This document shows positions 9,419 to 22,559 of a stretch of DNA of 24,481 nucleotides, in pieces (the stretch's first letter is position 1; every line of letters starts with the position of its first letter). The translations under genes were made by a program, and so were the position numbers. Origin of the DNA: Chiloscyllium plagiosum. Taxonomy: Eukaryota. The notes beneath the pieces were generated by a model, which did no database searches, was not told the origin of the DNA, and was given only the letters and a program-made list of their open reading frames with translations. The stretch is taken from assembly GCF_004010195.1 (NCBI RefSeq), contig NC_057711.1, positions 78,463,156-78,487,636 on the forward strand, written 5' to 3'.

Positions 9419-10599
9419 ATGTGAGGTATCAAAGAGAAGATGGTGAAACATATTCTCGAAGACTGGAGAAGGACAGTGAACCTCTTCTAAAGTGCTGGAT
9501 ATTTTACCAGATAACTGTGGTGGTAACCTCAGACCAGTAGGCAGAGTCTGGTATTGTGGCCTACACTGTGGATTTTAAAGGGAAAAATCAAGTTCAACAT
9601 GGGCACCACTTGCCCAGCGGGACCTCGGGGTCACAAAAAAGGGTACCAAATTACGCCCATCTGCCATGTCCAAGGCAATTGTCAGCAACCATGCAAGGCA
9701 GCTCTGGACTGAATGTGCTTGTCTAGTTGCACAACAGGTTTTAAAAAGGTACAAATCTTGGTGATGAATTCAGAGATATCTGGTGAGCGACAAGCTTGTT
9801 ATAAAATATGGGCGGAAGTGTGTTAGGGGTGTAACAAGTAGTTAATGATGTAGATTTGGCAAGGTACAGTAAGAAATCTGACTAGATCTTGCACTAACAA
9901 ACCCCCTCCCCCCAAAAAAAACACAATGCACCTCAGACTCAGCCAAAAGACACATGAAATTCATGCAAATCTGACTGAAATACTAGCACAATAATCACAA
10001 ACCGCAAAATCTGTCAAATAATCTGAAAGATAAGGAGGGAATTTGGACATTACAAAGTCTATGAGTGGCCATAGTTTAATTGTTTAATTTCCAAATCTCA
10101 GCTTGCATCAATTAGTACATTTCATTTGTAGGAACAAGAGTTCACATACAAGAATATCCAGACGCCTTACGTTATTTGTGATAACAGTATGCAATGAGTT
10201 AAAAAACACTCTTCAGGTGGGAAGAATTGCATAAGCAGGCCTAAGGCAAGAATGCCTTCTCAAGGAGAATGACAAAATATGTGAAAGTCAGCCATACCTA
10301 TGATGAACTGAAACATTTTACCTTGGTGACCGCAAAGAATGAGAAGACTCTTGACGAAAATGTATCCAGGTAACAAATGATGGGAACAGCTTAAGAATAC
10401 AACATTGCAATGATAACTGGACAATTAGAAGTTTGCCCAACATCAACATGATCATTTGTACCCTGTAGGAATATTCTTCATTTGACTAGATGAAGATGGT
10501 TGCAGTGTTGTATTCAAACAAACAGTTTGACACTATTTACTACAAAGTATCCTACATGGTCGGTACCTATTCACCAGCTTAAACATGCAGTCCATTTCT

Positions 10600-10955
10600 G
10601 GTGCAACACCGTGTTTTCCATTGTGTACCACCGAAAATATGCACTGAAACAATCACCAAGGCTTCTCTGATAGCACCTTCCAATCCTGTGACCTTGACTA
10701 CCCAGAAGGGCAGAAGATGTGTACGAACACAAACACTTGGCATCTTCCCCACAAGTCAACCACCAAGCTAACTTGGAACTAGATCATCTGTTGCTTTGTG
10801 ACCATCCTGGAAATCCCTTCCTGACAGACTGTAGTATACCTACAATCAGACAGACTGCAGAAGTTCAAGAACGCAGCTCACAAAAACTTCTACAATGGCA
10901 ATTAAAGATTGACAATAACACTGAGCTTGCCAGGGACTTTCACATATGCATGAAT
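10600..10955 (+). mobile_element. Old LINE 3' end (CR1/L2 supergroup)
   Basis: Colinear with 3025-3330 (TGTGTACCA.., GGAACTA.., AATCCCTTCCT.., AGTTCAAGAA..). Confidence 0.65.
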
Positions 10956-10959
10956 GTAC

Positions 10960-11790
10960 AACCATACAAATTAGAGCTTACGGTAGGACATTCAGCCCCT
11001 CAAGCCTGCTCCATTATTCAATAAGATCAGATTGATATGATTGCAACTACAAATTCACATTCCTGCCTACTCTAATTTTTTACCCTCTTGTTTAATAAGA
11101 ATCTGTGCATTTCTGCCTTAAAAGAAAATTCAAAGTTTCTGTTTCCACTGCCTTTCCAGGGCAGTACTTTCAAAGACTCAACCATTTCCAAGAAAACAAA
11201 AGTCACCCCATTTGTCCTAAATGGGCAACTCATGATCGTAAACAGTAACCCTTACCATAAAAGGGAAAATCTCTCTCCACATCTACTCTGACAAGACCCT
11301 CAAGATGTTGCATTTTCAATCAAGTCACCTCTTACTCTTCTAAACTCCAGCAGAATCAAGCCTAGCCTATCCAACCTTTCTTTCTAACACAGCTCCTCAT
11401 CCCAGCTATTAGTCTGGTAACCCTTCTGTGAATTGCCTCCAATGCATTTCTACCACTTATTAAATTAGGTGACCAATACTGAACACATTACACCAGATGC
11501 AGTCTTAGTTGTGTCCAGTCAAACTGAAGCATAATCTTCCTACTTTTATATTCCATTACCCTTTATAATAAGTAACAACATACAATTTACTTTCTTGGTT
11601 ATCTACTGTATCTAATTTAAAAATTGTCTGATAAGTGCATTAAAGTACTCACATCCCTCTGCAGGTGAGAGCTCTGCACTCTCTCTTCATTCAGATAATA
11701 TGCCTATTTTTCCTAAGTTATACTCTAGTTGCTACATCTTTGCCGACTCACTTAAGTTGTTCATATCATTTTGCAGTCGATAGAATTGAA
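10960..11790 (-). mobile_element. CR1 LINE 3' portion
   Basis: GTAGGACATTCAGCCCCTCAAGCCTGCTCCATTATTCAATAAGATC is the antisense CR1 3' terminus (compare 24020-24075 on +). It is followed by degenerate antisense ORF2 C-terminal sequence. Confidence 0.78.
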
Positions 11791-11799
11791 GGTTGTTGC

Positions 11800-11960
11800 T
11801 ATAATGCCACAGTTAGAAATGTCATCTTCCAGATAAGGCTCAGTCTGTGTCACAGTAATTCACCTGGCTGTAAAATATATTCCATGGAACAATTAAGGGT
11901 ATGGAATTTTCCTGGTGTCCTGGTCAACACTACTCTTTCAACCAAGACCAAGAAAAACTG
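11800..11960 (+). mobile_element. Probable Deu-domain SINE remnant
   Basis: GTCATCTTCCAGATAAG and GGAATTTTCCTGGTGTCCTGGTCAACACTACTCTTTCAACCAA resemble the DeuSINE core. Confidence 0.45.
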
Positions 11961-12978
11961 AGATTTCTTTACCCATATAATAGTAATTACTCATAAAAAA
12001 AATTAATAAATGTTGAGCATTTTATCATCCCTCTCATGTTATTTCAAAATAGTTCAGGTTCTGTCAATAGAATGCTCAAAAGAAAATGCAATTGTACATG
12101 ATCTTGCATTCCCTTTAGATTTTATTCAAAATTATCACTTACAATCAGTTCAAAACCTAAGTATATTTAATAAGTTCACACCAAGATGGGATAAAACTAT
12201 TCAAAAACACCTGTGATGATCAAATGATCCTATACCACGTAAATCAAAAAAAATTCTTCTCCAGGACACATATGACCTAAGCTAGCATTAATACTATGGA
12301 CACTAATCATAAATCAACTGGCCAATGAACATCATTACTCAAATCAGACTCTCAATTCTACTCGTGAATACTTTATAAACAAACATCAAGAACGTCCACT
12401 TGTGTAACACAGCTGAAGAAATGACAAACCACCACTCGACAGATAACTGTAGCCAGAAAGACCATTCACCTCACATTCATTATTTACATATTTTAATATA
12501 TTAGAAAAACACTTATTTTTAAAACCACAAGATAGATATAAATGTGATTATTGTTGACATCACACCTCTGCAGACACATGTAGCTTTATAATGCATTGAT
12601 AACATTTCTGCAAATGTTTGCAAAATAAAGCACTACATCAATAATTCTGCCATAGAAACCAGGATTACTATGCCCATACGTTATTATGTCATAGCAACAG
12701 AAAATCAGTTCAATTAAAGTAAACCCCTAAAACAACAGGCCTTAAAGATCAATACCAACATTGTGAATCACTGAATATGATAGGCTTACAGTAAACAGTG
12801 GCACAATAGTGATAACATACAAACTGCTAATTTTCAAATACCATCATCTGCTTTTAATATTTGGGACTGTCATGGACTGAAATGCTTTTAAAAAGAAACA
12901 AAACACTGCCTTCAAATGGCCACAGCTATCAACTGCTAACACAAGTTAGCCAAGCTCTGTGAAACCAATGCAAAATAC

Positions 12979-13074
12979 ACAAAACAGAAGAGTGGAGAAG
13001 CATAGCAGGTCTGGAGGCATCTATAGAGAAAGAACGGAGTTAAAGTTTCAAGTCCAGTGACCCTTAGTTCAGGA
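12979..13074 (-). mobile_element. Degenerate PLE terminal fragment (second family) with decayed hammerhead
   Basis: AAAACAGAAG..GGAGAAGCATAGCAGGTCTGGAGGCATC..GAGTTAAAGTTTCAAGTCCAGTGACCCTTAGTTCAG parallels the layout of 3860-3937. The minus strand gives CUGAACUAA-GGGUC(ACUG)GACUU-GAAAC-UUU. Confidence 0.6.
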
Positions 13075-14250
13075 CACAATAATACGCAAAACCTGAAATT
13101 AACATTTTTAAACAGAAGACATGGAAACTTCTCCACTCAGTCAGACAGGATGAAACCCTATTCGATGTTGATTTGTACCCTATACACATTTCACCTACTT
13201 AAGGTGAAGAACGGAAGATGCAATTACCAAGTTTGGAAACAAGTGAAATCAGACATTGAAATGCATAAACCAGCTGTACATAAGAGCAGGGAAGATGAAT
13301 TTTTGACTGCAAAACTACAGAAAGCTCTCTAGCTTTGCCTCTCAAAAGGATAAAGAATACAGTAGCAATACTAACTGGACAGAAACATCCAGACAGCAAA
13401 AACATAAATAGATCTGCAGTATTCACTACTGCAGAACACACAAAGCATTAAAACTGTGATCTCAGGTGATAACCTTCATCTTTTAATGTGTATTCTTTCA
13501 TCTTCCATTTAAACTAGACACATCACTTTTTGAACTTCTGCTCATGTTGTGTTTTTGTTATTTCCCCCAGGGTTATCAGAAAATAAAAATGCTCTCTTTC
13601 ATTCAAGAAAATTTTGTAATAGGCTCCTTATTCTAGAAGTAATATTGGGTAGTTACATTTCTACAAGAGAGAGAGATATTGTTTTGCACTTTGTGGCGAA
13701 TCAAGGAGGAAGAAGAGAGGGAAGCTAATTCACCCACCCTCACCTGGTCAGAACACTAATTTTTCATTTCAGATAGAAAACAATTAGTACATTTAGCTCA
13801 TCTATCTACAACATTCCCTGGCACACTTCTAACCACTGTACTACAGAATTATTGCAGCACAAATGGAAACTACTCAAATTTTGTATGTGAACTGGCTCTC
13901 CAAATAAGCAAGTCACCTCGTGTCTTTCTGTCTTATCCATTACTAGAATCCCATGTGTTGATAGATTTTGCTAAATTCCTTCTTGAACCCCGAGCATTGT
14001 AGATGTACCTATACAACATAGATTGCAATGGCTTAAGATAGCACAAACCAACTTCTCAAAATTATGGATGTGAGAAAGGTATAGATCTTAGCAATTACAC
14101 TCAGAAACCATGAAAGAGAAAAAGCTATTTGGTCCCATCATTCATATTAGTAACCAGTTTCACATTCTTACCAATGGGGAAAAAATTTATTTTGCATTTC
14201 AGCTTTACATTGTTTCCCTTAAATGAGAAATGTTACCATGGGTGCTTACA

Positions 14251-14505
14251 TCACAAAGCTGGTCCCTTTTTTCTAAAAGCTGTTCCTTTTCTCAAGGATA
14301 CTGTGTCCTTGTTTCTTTTTCAGAGGGGTCGTAAAACTCTCCTGGTTCCAATTAGACTGGTTTGGTTATATGCAAACAGATGAGACTTCAGGCCAAAGTG
14401 GTCATGTTTTAGAAGTAACCTGTATAATGAAAGGGGATGGTCAGTTCTCTAGCTGAGCAGTTCAGTCCAAAACCAGTTAGAACTTCAGCAGTGGACTGTG
14501 TGAAC
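14251..14505 (+). mobile_element. Partial LTR-like copy (5' part of the element at 14708-15376)
   Basis: Direct repeat of 14710-15010 with shared blocks TCACAAAGCTGG, TTCTAAAAGCTGTTCCTTTTCTCAAG, ATGAGACTTCAGGCCAAAGTG and ACCTGTATAATGAAAGGGGA. Confidence 0.75.
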
Positions 14506-14707
14506 AGGCTCTGGATTCTGGGACCACATGATTTGTAGGTTTGGTCCTGCATTCTGATTCTGTACCAACAGAGGAAAGGAAGTGTTACTAGTTTTGAAGA
14601 TGATTTAATTGTGAAATTTTATGTAGTGAAACTTTAAGCCCATTCAGTTGTTAATGTGTTTCAAATTTGCACCTTTCTCCATGTATCACATAATTTTGAC
14701 ATATTAT

Positions 14708-15376
14708 TGTCACAAAGCTGGTTTCCTTTTTTCTAAAAGCTGTTCCTTTTCTCAAGACACGGTGTTCTTGGTTTTTCTCGGGGTAAAAAAACCGGTCTCA
14801 GTGCTGATTAGTCTGGTTTGGTACAGAGATTAAAGGGTAATGAGAGGCATTTTTGTTTAGATGTAAGCAAATGAGACTTCAGGCCAAAGTGATCATGTTT
14901 TAGAAGTGACCTGTATAATGAAAGGGGAGTGGTCAACTCTCTAGCTGAGCAATTTAGTTTAGTTCAGTCCAGTCCAGAACTAGTTGGGAAATGAACAGTG
15001 AGCTGTGTGGAAACAAATTCTCTCTCTGCCCTTCTAACTTCAACCTGTAAGCATCTGTTCTTTTTTTTAAAAAAAACTTTTTTTTTTAAAATGGGGTTTG
15101 CTTATTGAGACTTTTGTATATATTCGGAACAGCATAATTAAGTCTAATTTGGATAGATGGAGTTCGGTAGGGGTTCTTTATTCTGCTCTTTGCACTTCAC
15201 TGTTAATAAATTTGTTCTTTGTTAATAAATTTCTGGCTGTTTTTAAAACCTAGTAGGCAACCTAGGTAACTTACTCCAGGTAATTTTCACGGTACACATA
15301 CCGAAACAAATTGCAAAGTTATGGTCTGGGTTGCCTGCTCAAGAACATTTTGAGTGGTCTGGCCTAGTGCAAAACA
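14708..15376 (+). mobile_element. Probable solo LTR (Gypsy-like)
   Basis: About 670 bp with TGT...ACA termini, a TATA-like TGTATAAT near 14912 and two AATAAA (15205, 15224). No clean TSD is visible. Confidence 0.6.
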
Positions 15377-15689
15377 ACATTTGTGCAGAGAGAAAAAAAA
15401 AATCGACTGAAATCAAACTTGTCCATAATCTTTGTAATTTTAACAAGTATTATATTCCTTCTCAACCTTTTCTTTGTATGGTAAATACACCTAAAGCAGC
15501 ACCCCACTTGTGCCAAAACCAAACTGCACCCTGAACCACAGCTGTCGTCTCACAAGGATTAACTAGTTTTACAATGTCTTCCATGTGTTCAAGGACAGGT
15601 GTAAAACTTGCAACTGAATCAAAAAGTTCCAAGATTAATCTGATTGCAGACACCTATGCACATGATCCAGCCACTTTCAAATCAGACGT

Positions 15690-15950
15690 TGTTGCAGCCA
15701 GTCTGTCCTCTCAAATGGACATAAAAGATCAATGTACTACGCTGATTGTGCATGAAAACCATGTTCAACTAACTACATTAGAACAGGTTACTTAGTCATT
15801 GTTACAATGCTATTTGTGAGATGTTCCTTGGTGTGGCTTGGTTTCAACATTTCCTGCAACAGTTCACTTCAAAAGTTTTAATTATCTGTCAAGTGGTTTG
15901 GAACAAAGAACTCATGAAAGGCATGATATAATTGCAAGCTTTTTTTTCTT
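15690..15950 (+). mobile_element. Deu-domain SINE 3' remnant
   Basis: GTCTGTCCTCTCAAATGGACATAAAAGATC, CACTTCAAAAGT and the terminal ATGAAAGGCATGATATAATTGCAAG(T)n match DeuSINE core and tail. Confidence 0.6.
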
Positions 15951-16014
15951 TATACCTTATATGTTATGACATTCATTGTGCATCCAACAATTTGCTTGCC
16001 TTTTTAACAATAAG

Positions 16015-16511
16015 GAACACAAAAAGCCAGGTAGCAGCTGGATATGGACAAATCGACATTTCAGGAAAGGAGCTGGGGGTAGGGAGAGCTGCAGATAAAG
16101 GCAGGGTGGAGAGGAGGTCGGAATGGTGAGGTAGTGATTGTGAACACAGGTGGTGCGACCAACCTGATTGATTGTTGGGAGGTATGTATTCAGTTGGTAG
16201 CTGGAAGGATGGGTTGGTAATAGAAATGGAATTGGGGGTGGGGGATTGGGGAAGGCTGGAGAGGAAGGGATTATGGGAAGATTATTGGAGAACTCAATGC
16301 TGGCACAAACCAAGGAGTGGCACGAACCAAGGAGTGATATAGGGAATGGTCCTTGTGGAAGACAGAGAGGGATGGGAGGTGAAGATGTTCTTAGTGGTGG
16401 GGTCCAGTTGGTGTTAGCAGAAGTGTTTGAGGATGATATATATTGAGTGCAGAGACTAGTGGGGTGGAAGGTGAGGACAAGTGGGAAATCCTGTCCTTAT
16501 TACGTTTGGAG
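16015..16511 (-). mobile_element. Penelope-like element fragment (ORF piece plus 3' region), internally deleted
   Basis: Minus strand 16490-16390 encodes PLVLTFHPTSL then, after a frameshift, YIILKHFC*HQLDPTTKNIF. This is the PLVxTYHP-type motif downstream of the PLE RT. The left end AATCGACATTTCAGGA resembles the PLE terminal motif. Confidence 0.7.
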
Positions 16512-19179
16512 GTAATTGTAATGTTGATGGGTTTTCAAGATTTTTCCACTAAAATGCGAAGTAAGTGTTTCCTGCTCTGACACCTCAAGTCTAATTGTTG
16601 AACCCAGCTGCAGGTGACTAAAAAGACCATGAATAATTCAGAAGAACACATTGACTAACAGTACAACAAAATTATAAAGCATGGCTTGGTCCTCAGCAGG
16701 AGTTGCCTTATGAGGCAAGGTGCACCCAGTGATGTTTAAGTCATATTTTTAATAACTGGATTAAGACTGTGCTTATTAAAAGAAGCCACTCATACCTCGG
16801 GTCACATATTTCAGAATTTCATTATTTCAGAAGTATAATATATTTTTCACATGGACTAAGTAGGTTGCCACGGTAAACAATTAAAAAGTCTAAAAGATCG
16901 CCATTACCTGGCAAACATCAATAGGAAAACAGTGATTTAGTTTTAGACATAGTCAATTGCATTTATCTCATTGAGGGTCTGCTTCAGAGGGTTAACATTA
17001 TTAACCCACACATTATTAATAACACAGCACTGTTAATATTAATCTAACAAATTATGTTCAGCAACTCCTACACTCCAGCTGCGAGATCTGTCAGTCAATA
17101 TCTCAACACAAATAGTATTTCACACCAACATTAATGCAGCCAGAAGTACAACTAAGTTGCCAGGTATTGTCACTGTGAATGCCACACTGGAATCTTTAAT
17201 TGTGTTATCTGCATTTCCCTACTTTAACCTTATAACCTAATGCTGCTGCAGTTAATGGTTTTTAAGCTCTATTGTGGTGTAATGATGTAACCCACCATAA
17301 TAGAAAACAAATCCATATTAAATCAGAGTGCAGAAAAATGTTTTTGTAACAAGTTAAGACTCAATATGTCACATAGAAACAAGACTTAAATGGGTCATGT
17401 CAAAATAACAACTCAGGTAGAATGTACAGATACTTCTCCCACATGTTTTTATCTATTACTCTTAAATCAACATGTTGGAGGTAAGACTCCAGGAACACAT
17501 TACGAGTTCAATCTTGATACATAAACCTTTCATGGATGAATAACTTTTACTTTACTGAACAGATATTTAAACAAAATTTGATCTGTCAGATCTAAATAAC
17601 AACGTGTGTAGCAAGTGCAAGTCTTAAACAGTAGGGTAATGTTATATACTGATTTCAATTTATGAACAGTTATGACAAGCTTGAATACATACAGATGAGG
17701 AGTTTAACGATACAAGAATGCTTCCGTATACAAATAGAGTTAAACTGTACGCCAAACAGATAAGAAATCTAATTTGACCTGGACTCATGTCACTATTTAA
17801 AAGGAACTAGCAAATGTACCTTTTGGATGCAAAGGTAGAGCTCATAATATACTATTTCTTTGCAGCATACTGAGGAATTCTTGCCATAAAATGAACAACA
17901 AGACTTCCAGTTCAAAAACAAGAATACATGCACCAATTAATATAATGGAGTCAAAAATGATACGTATCACTAAATATCTATCTTTCTCCAAACATTAAAG
18001 TTTTTCATATTTTCATTAAAAGGAATGCTTCCGTCCTTAATGAGGCTATTATTCATTGTGGTCTTCCCTGATTTGACAATTTGCAGTTTTTTCTCCTCTG
18101 ACAAAATTTGACATTGGTGTAATAGAATTGCTGCCGCTGGCTGAATGTGATCATGCAATCCATCTAATCATATAATCAGAGACACAATAACATGCCTCTT
18201 GTCTAACACACATTTTTCATAAAGCACTTGGAACAGTTAACTTGAAAGCACTTCTCCACTTTGACCTAACTGTAAAAAGGCTTGTTGTAGCTGCACTCTG
18301 TTCATCTTGTACTGTTCTGCATTCTTGTTCCTCAAAATTAAAACACAACAGGGAAGAGTTTAGGAATCTCCAGTTTTTGAAATGCTATTCTAATGATTTA
18401 GAAGGAAATAAACATTGCCAAAAGTACCTATTACTGTCCAAATGTGATGTTTACTAACTAACTGTGTTTTGTAATCTAAAATTGTACAAAAACATATGCT
18501 AATTTATGATATTACTTGTGGTAATAGTTTAGTCTACATACAGTAACTGTACAACATTCATGTTATTCAAACTTATTTGGTTAAGCACACTATGTTCAAT
18601 CACACACAACTTTAAAATCTCACCCGTTTAAGTCAACCAGTGTTTTGAGAATATTATGCGTTTTCCTGCATAAGCAATGCTTCAAGACAATTTTCACAAT
18701 AATGAATGCATAAGTTACATACTAAGTATATGTTCATTTCCTTTAGACGTAGCAATGTACAAACTGCTCAGAATGGAGAGAGGCGGGTTAAAGATTCCAG
18801 TAACATCAGCATAGTGCAAAACTCATCTACACCCAGATCACAAAAATTGACCAAACATGTTCCGACTACTATCGTTTTGTAAAATGGCTACATTTGAACA
18901 ATGCTGACCATCACTACAAGCTATTATTGCAAATAGGCCAGCTATTTTCGCCTACAAGACACTAGTTACGAAAGAATAACATCAGCTGCCTCCTATTCTG
19001 GGTTACGCATCCAGAACTGAAAACAACGTCGGCAAAATTAATTTCCATTACAAACAACTCTTACCAAATGAAGGGTAAATAAATAAACACGCACAAGTGA
19101 CAGGTTAACAACACTGTACCTCATACATATCCGATTCACTCAAAGAAGCGGCACCGACACAGTCTGTTGCATTCCCGTT

Positions 19180-19194
19180 GGGGGGGGGGGGGGG
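19180..19194 (+). repeat. G15 homopolymer
   Basis: Fifteen consecutive G followed by CGGCGG. Confidence 0.95.
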
Positions 19195-19325
19195 CGGCGG
19201 TTGTGGAATGTTTTAAAAATGTAAATTTTTCCCATTTTTACTGAATATGAACTTTATTTTAAAGCACCCTTCACTCTCCTTCCAGCTCCCCCCACTCCCC
19301 ATAAACAAACCCCGCGTCCTCTTCA

Positions 19326-20050
<725 letters not shown>

Positions 20051-21534
20051 ATACAGCTGCAAAATCACATGCATTGCACACACCTTGGGAACACTTTTTT
20101 TATTTTAACAAAAGCACAATAAAATGGAAAATGAAACTATAGATGTTGGACAACGCTTTATCTTTTATTTTCATCTTCCTCCGCAATATTGTACATTTTG
20201 CCACTTTTATATTAGAATATAGCTTCCTCGTCTCTGATTTTATTTGAAACGATGGTGTCTCACTGCATAAAATGAATCGAGAAAGGGCGGATTTTATGAC
20301 TAAATAGAGAGGTTTAAATGAATTATGTTGGTGGTGCATAGAAAACTGTAATACAAGTAGCAAATCTTCAGCCATCATTTTTCCCCTGCCGAGGTTTATC
20401 AATAGAACATCATTTGATGTTACAGTAGTTGAGAGCTGATTGAAATAGTCAGTGTTATGATGTGATGTTGATTTCATACAGGGTAGACGGTTTCCAATGG
20501 CCTGTTCCATATTCCAGTGACCAGAATGTCCGCGGAACAACACGAGGGCACTCCTTATCCGAATTCAAATTTATCCCGAAACACTCAGACCAACGTTACT
20601 CAAAAATGACAAAATGTTCTTAAGTGAACCCACACTTTCATCTATTTGAATATCCCCTGTTGATATTGACTAATAAAGACCATGGTATCATTTCTTGTAC
20701 AAGATTCAATGACACAAGCGCATTTCTACACAAAAGTAATGGATACTGTTGCTGTGTTCCTTTCGTCATTTTTATGTTTTGGGGAAGACGCTACAATATC
20801 GAAAGGCTGCAGTAGTGGTAACCATAACTTTAACATTGAGATTAAGTTAACAAAAACTCAAGTTATTTATTATAAGTAGCCATACTATAATTCTATATTC
20901 AAGTTTTGGTATTTACGCTATAAAGCACGATCTTCCCAGCCTTGACTTATTGTGAGGTTGGGGGTGTATTGCGTGCTTGTCCTGCAAGATGCAAAGTGCC
21001 GTTTACATTGCTAACCTGTTTTAATCTGTACAGTTTCACAAGATCCCCGATTAACGTCAGATTTAGTGTTCACAGAGTGGGTGTCGTGCAAGAGATACTT
21101 TCCAGCCCAATAGATCTATATTTTCGAAACTAGTAACATGCGGTCACGTTAATATAGGTGTTAGGGAAAAAAATCCCTTTTGTGAGTTGTGCAGTTGTTT
21201 TGGAGATTATCTTGTAACACTCATATTTGACGACAATTTAACACGAAGAGTTGATTGACTACACGATCGCGGTTTCCTTGAGCTTGGTGTTCTTCGTTCT
21301 AAACGATTGTGATTACACAATTACTCGACGTTATTGGCAAGCAGGTCTCCTTGCTACTGATGGTAACCTATCCACAATTCACCAGTTAGACTTAAACACG
21401 CACAACCATTGTAAGATTGTTAATATGTCCATATATGCAATCACATAATTTCACCAAGTGATGACATTAATCACTGTTGAGTACAATGATAAATTATTGT
21501 ACTGTATGATAAGCACCATGCATTTTTATTTCCT

Positions 21535-21835
21535 TCCTGGGATATGGGTGTCAGGTAGTTGGGCAAATATTGCCCTTGAATTGAATGGCTTTCTAGGCAA
21601 TTTCAGAGGGCAGTTAAGAATCAAATTACTTGCAAATGGATCTGGATATAGGCCAAACGCGGATAGCAGGTTTTCTTCCTGACAGAGCACTGGTGAACCA
21701 GATTAGTGACAATGTAACCATTAGACGACTTACCTTTTAATTGCAGGTTTTTATTGAATTCAAAGTTCATGTCATGGTCAGATCTGAACCTACATCCTCA
21801 AAATAACAGATCTGAACCCACATCCCCAAAATATT
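21535..21835 (-). mobile_element. Diverged SINE-like repeat with a LINE-type tail
   Basis: TTGCCCTTGAATTGAATGGC..TTTCAGAGGGCAGTTAAGAATCAA..GTGAACCAGAT..TTTATTGAATTCAAA resembles a common elasmobranch repeat from recall. Family not named with certainty. Confidence 0.5.
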
Positions 21836-22069
21836 ACTTTGAGACTGGTTTCCCACTGTTATATCTCCATCTCCTCTTAAACCCAATCTGAAATCACATA
21901 ATGTATCAATCTACCAGATTGTTATATAACTGACTTTTGTGGACTTTTACTACTAACTTATTCCTTTCCATCCCCCTTCACTTTGTAACTCACTTATATT
22001 TCCTTGTGTGTGAATCTTTGTGTACATGTGCATGACAGGGTCAATATCTTTTTACTGAGTTTGTCTAGA

Positions 22070-22400
22070 TGAGGGTGGGAGCTACAAGATGGATAAGCTA
22101 ACTGATCATTGCACAATGGTACAGGAAGCCATTCAAAAGAGGGCAGTAAGAAAGAATATATTGGCAGAAAGGGGCAGCATAGTTAGGAAATTGACACTGT
22201 TCTCTGCAGCAAAGAACAGGCTGCACTGGCAACTTACTGTGTGGTTCAACAAGCAGTGTGGGAGAAGTAGGTTCCAGTTTGTGGCCCATTGTCACCAGTA
22301 GTGGGGAAGATGGCATCTATACCAATGGGACAGTTCCACCTGTACCATACAGGGGCTGGTTTTCTTGCTAGCTTCAAAACTACAGAATTAGAGAGGATTT
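22070..22400 (+). mobile_element. CR1 ORF1 (SGNH-esterase-like) degenerate fragment
   Basis: Translation QCGRSRFQFVAHCHQ*WGRWHLYQWD resembles CR1 ORF1 WCxxEGFxFxxHWxxFWGRxDLYxxDGLHL. Confidence 0.7.
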
Positions 22401-22559
22401 TAAACAAAACAGAGGGGGCAAGGGATTAAATTTGAGAAGATGTGGTAAACCAAATAGTAGAATTGGGCCAAAAAGAAAAATACTAATAAACAAAATGATT
22501 AACAGATTATGTCAGGAAAGTTAAAGAGTACAAATCTAAGAGTCAGCCGACAAATAAGG

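Noticed and set aside
9068..9540. Cluster of four overlapping ORFs
   Set aside because: No recognisable domain, and the frames run through a SINE tail fragment.
16864..16878. RFX X-box-like GTTGCCACGGTAAAC and scattered CATAGCAAC/CATAGAAAC half-sites
   Set aside because: Imperfect short motifs are expected by chance in 24 kb; no supporting data.
16989..17007. Small hairpin GGGTTAA-CATTA-TTAACCC
   Set aside because: A 7-bp stem in AT-rich DNA is within chance expectation.
20100..20543. Longest ORF in the track (147 aa, minus strand)
   Set aside because: Non-ATG start, no recognisable domain, composition typical of AT-rich non-coding DNA, no supporting splice structure.
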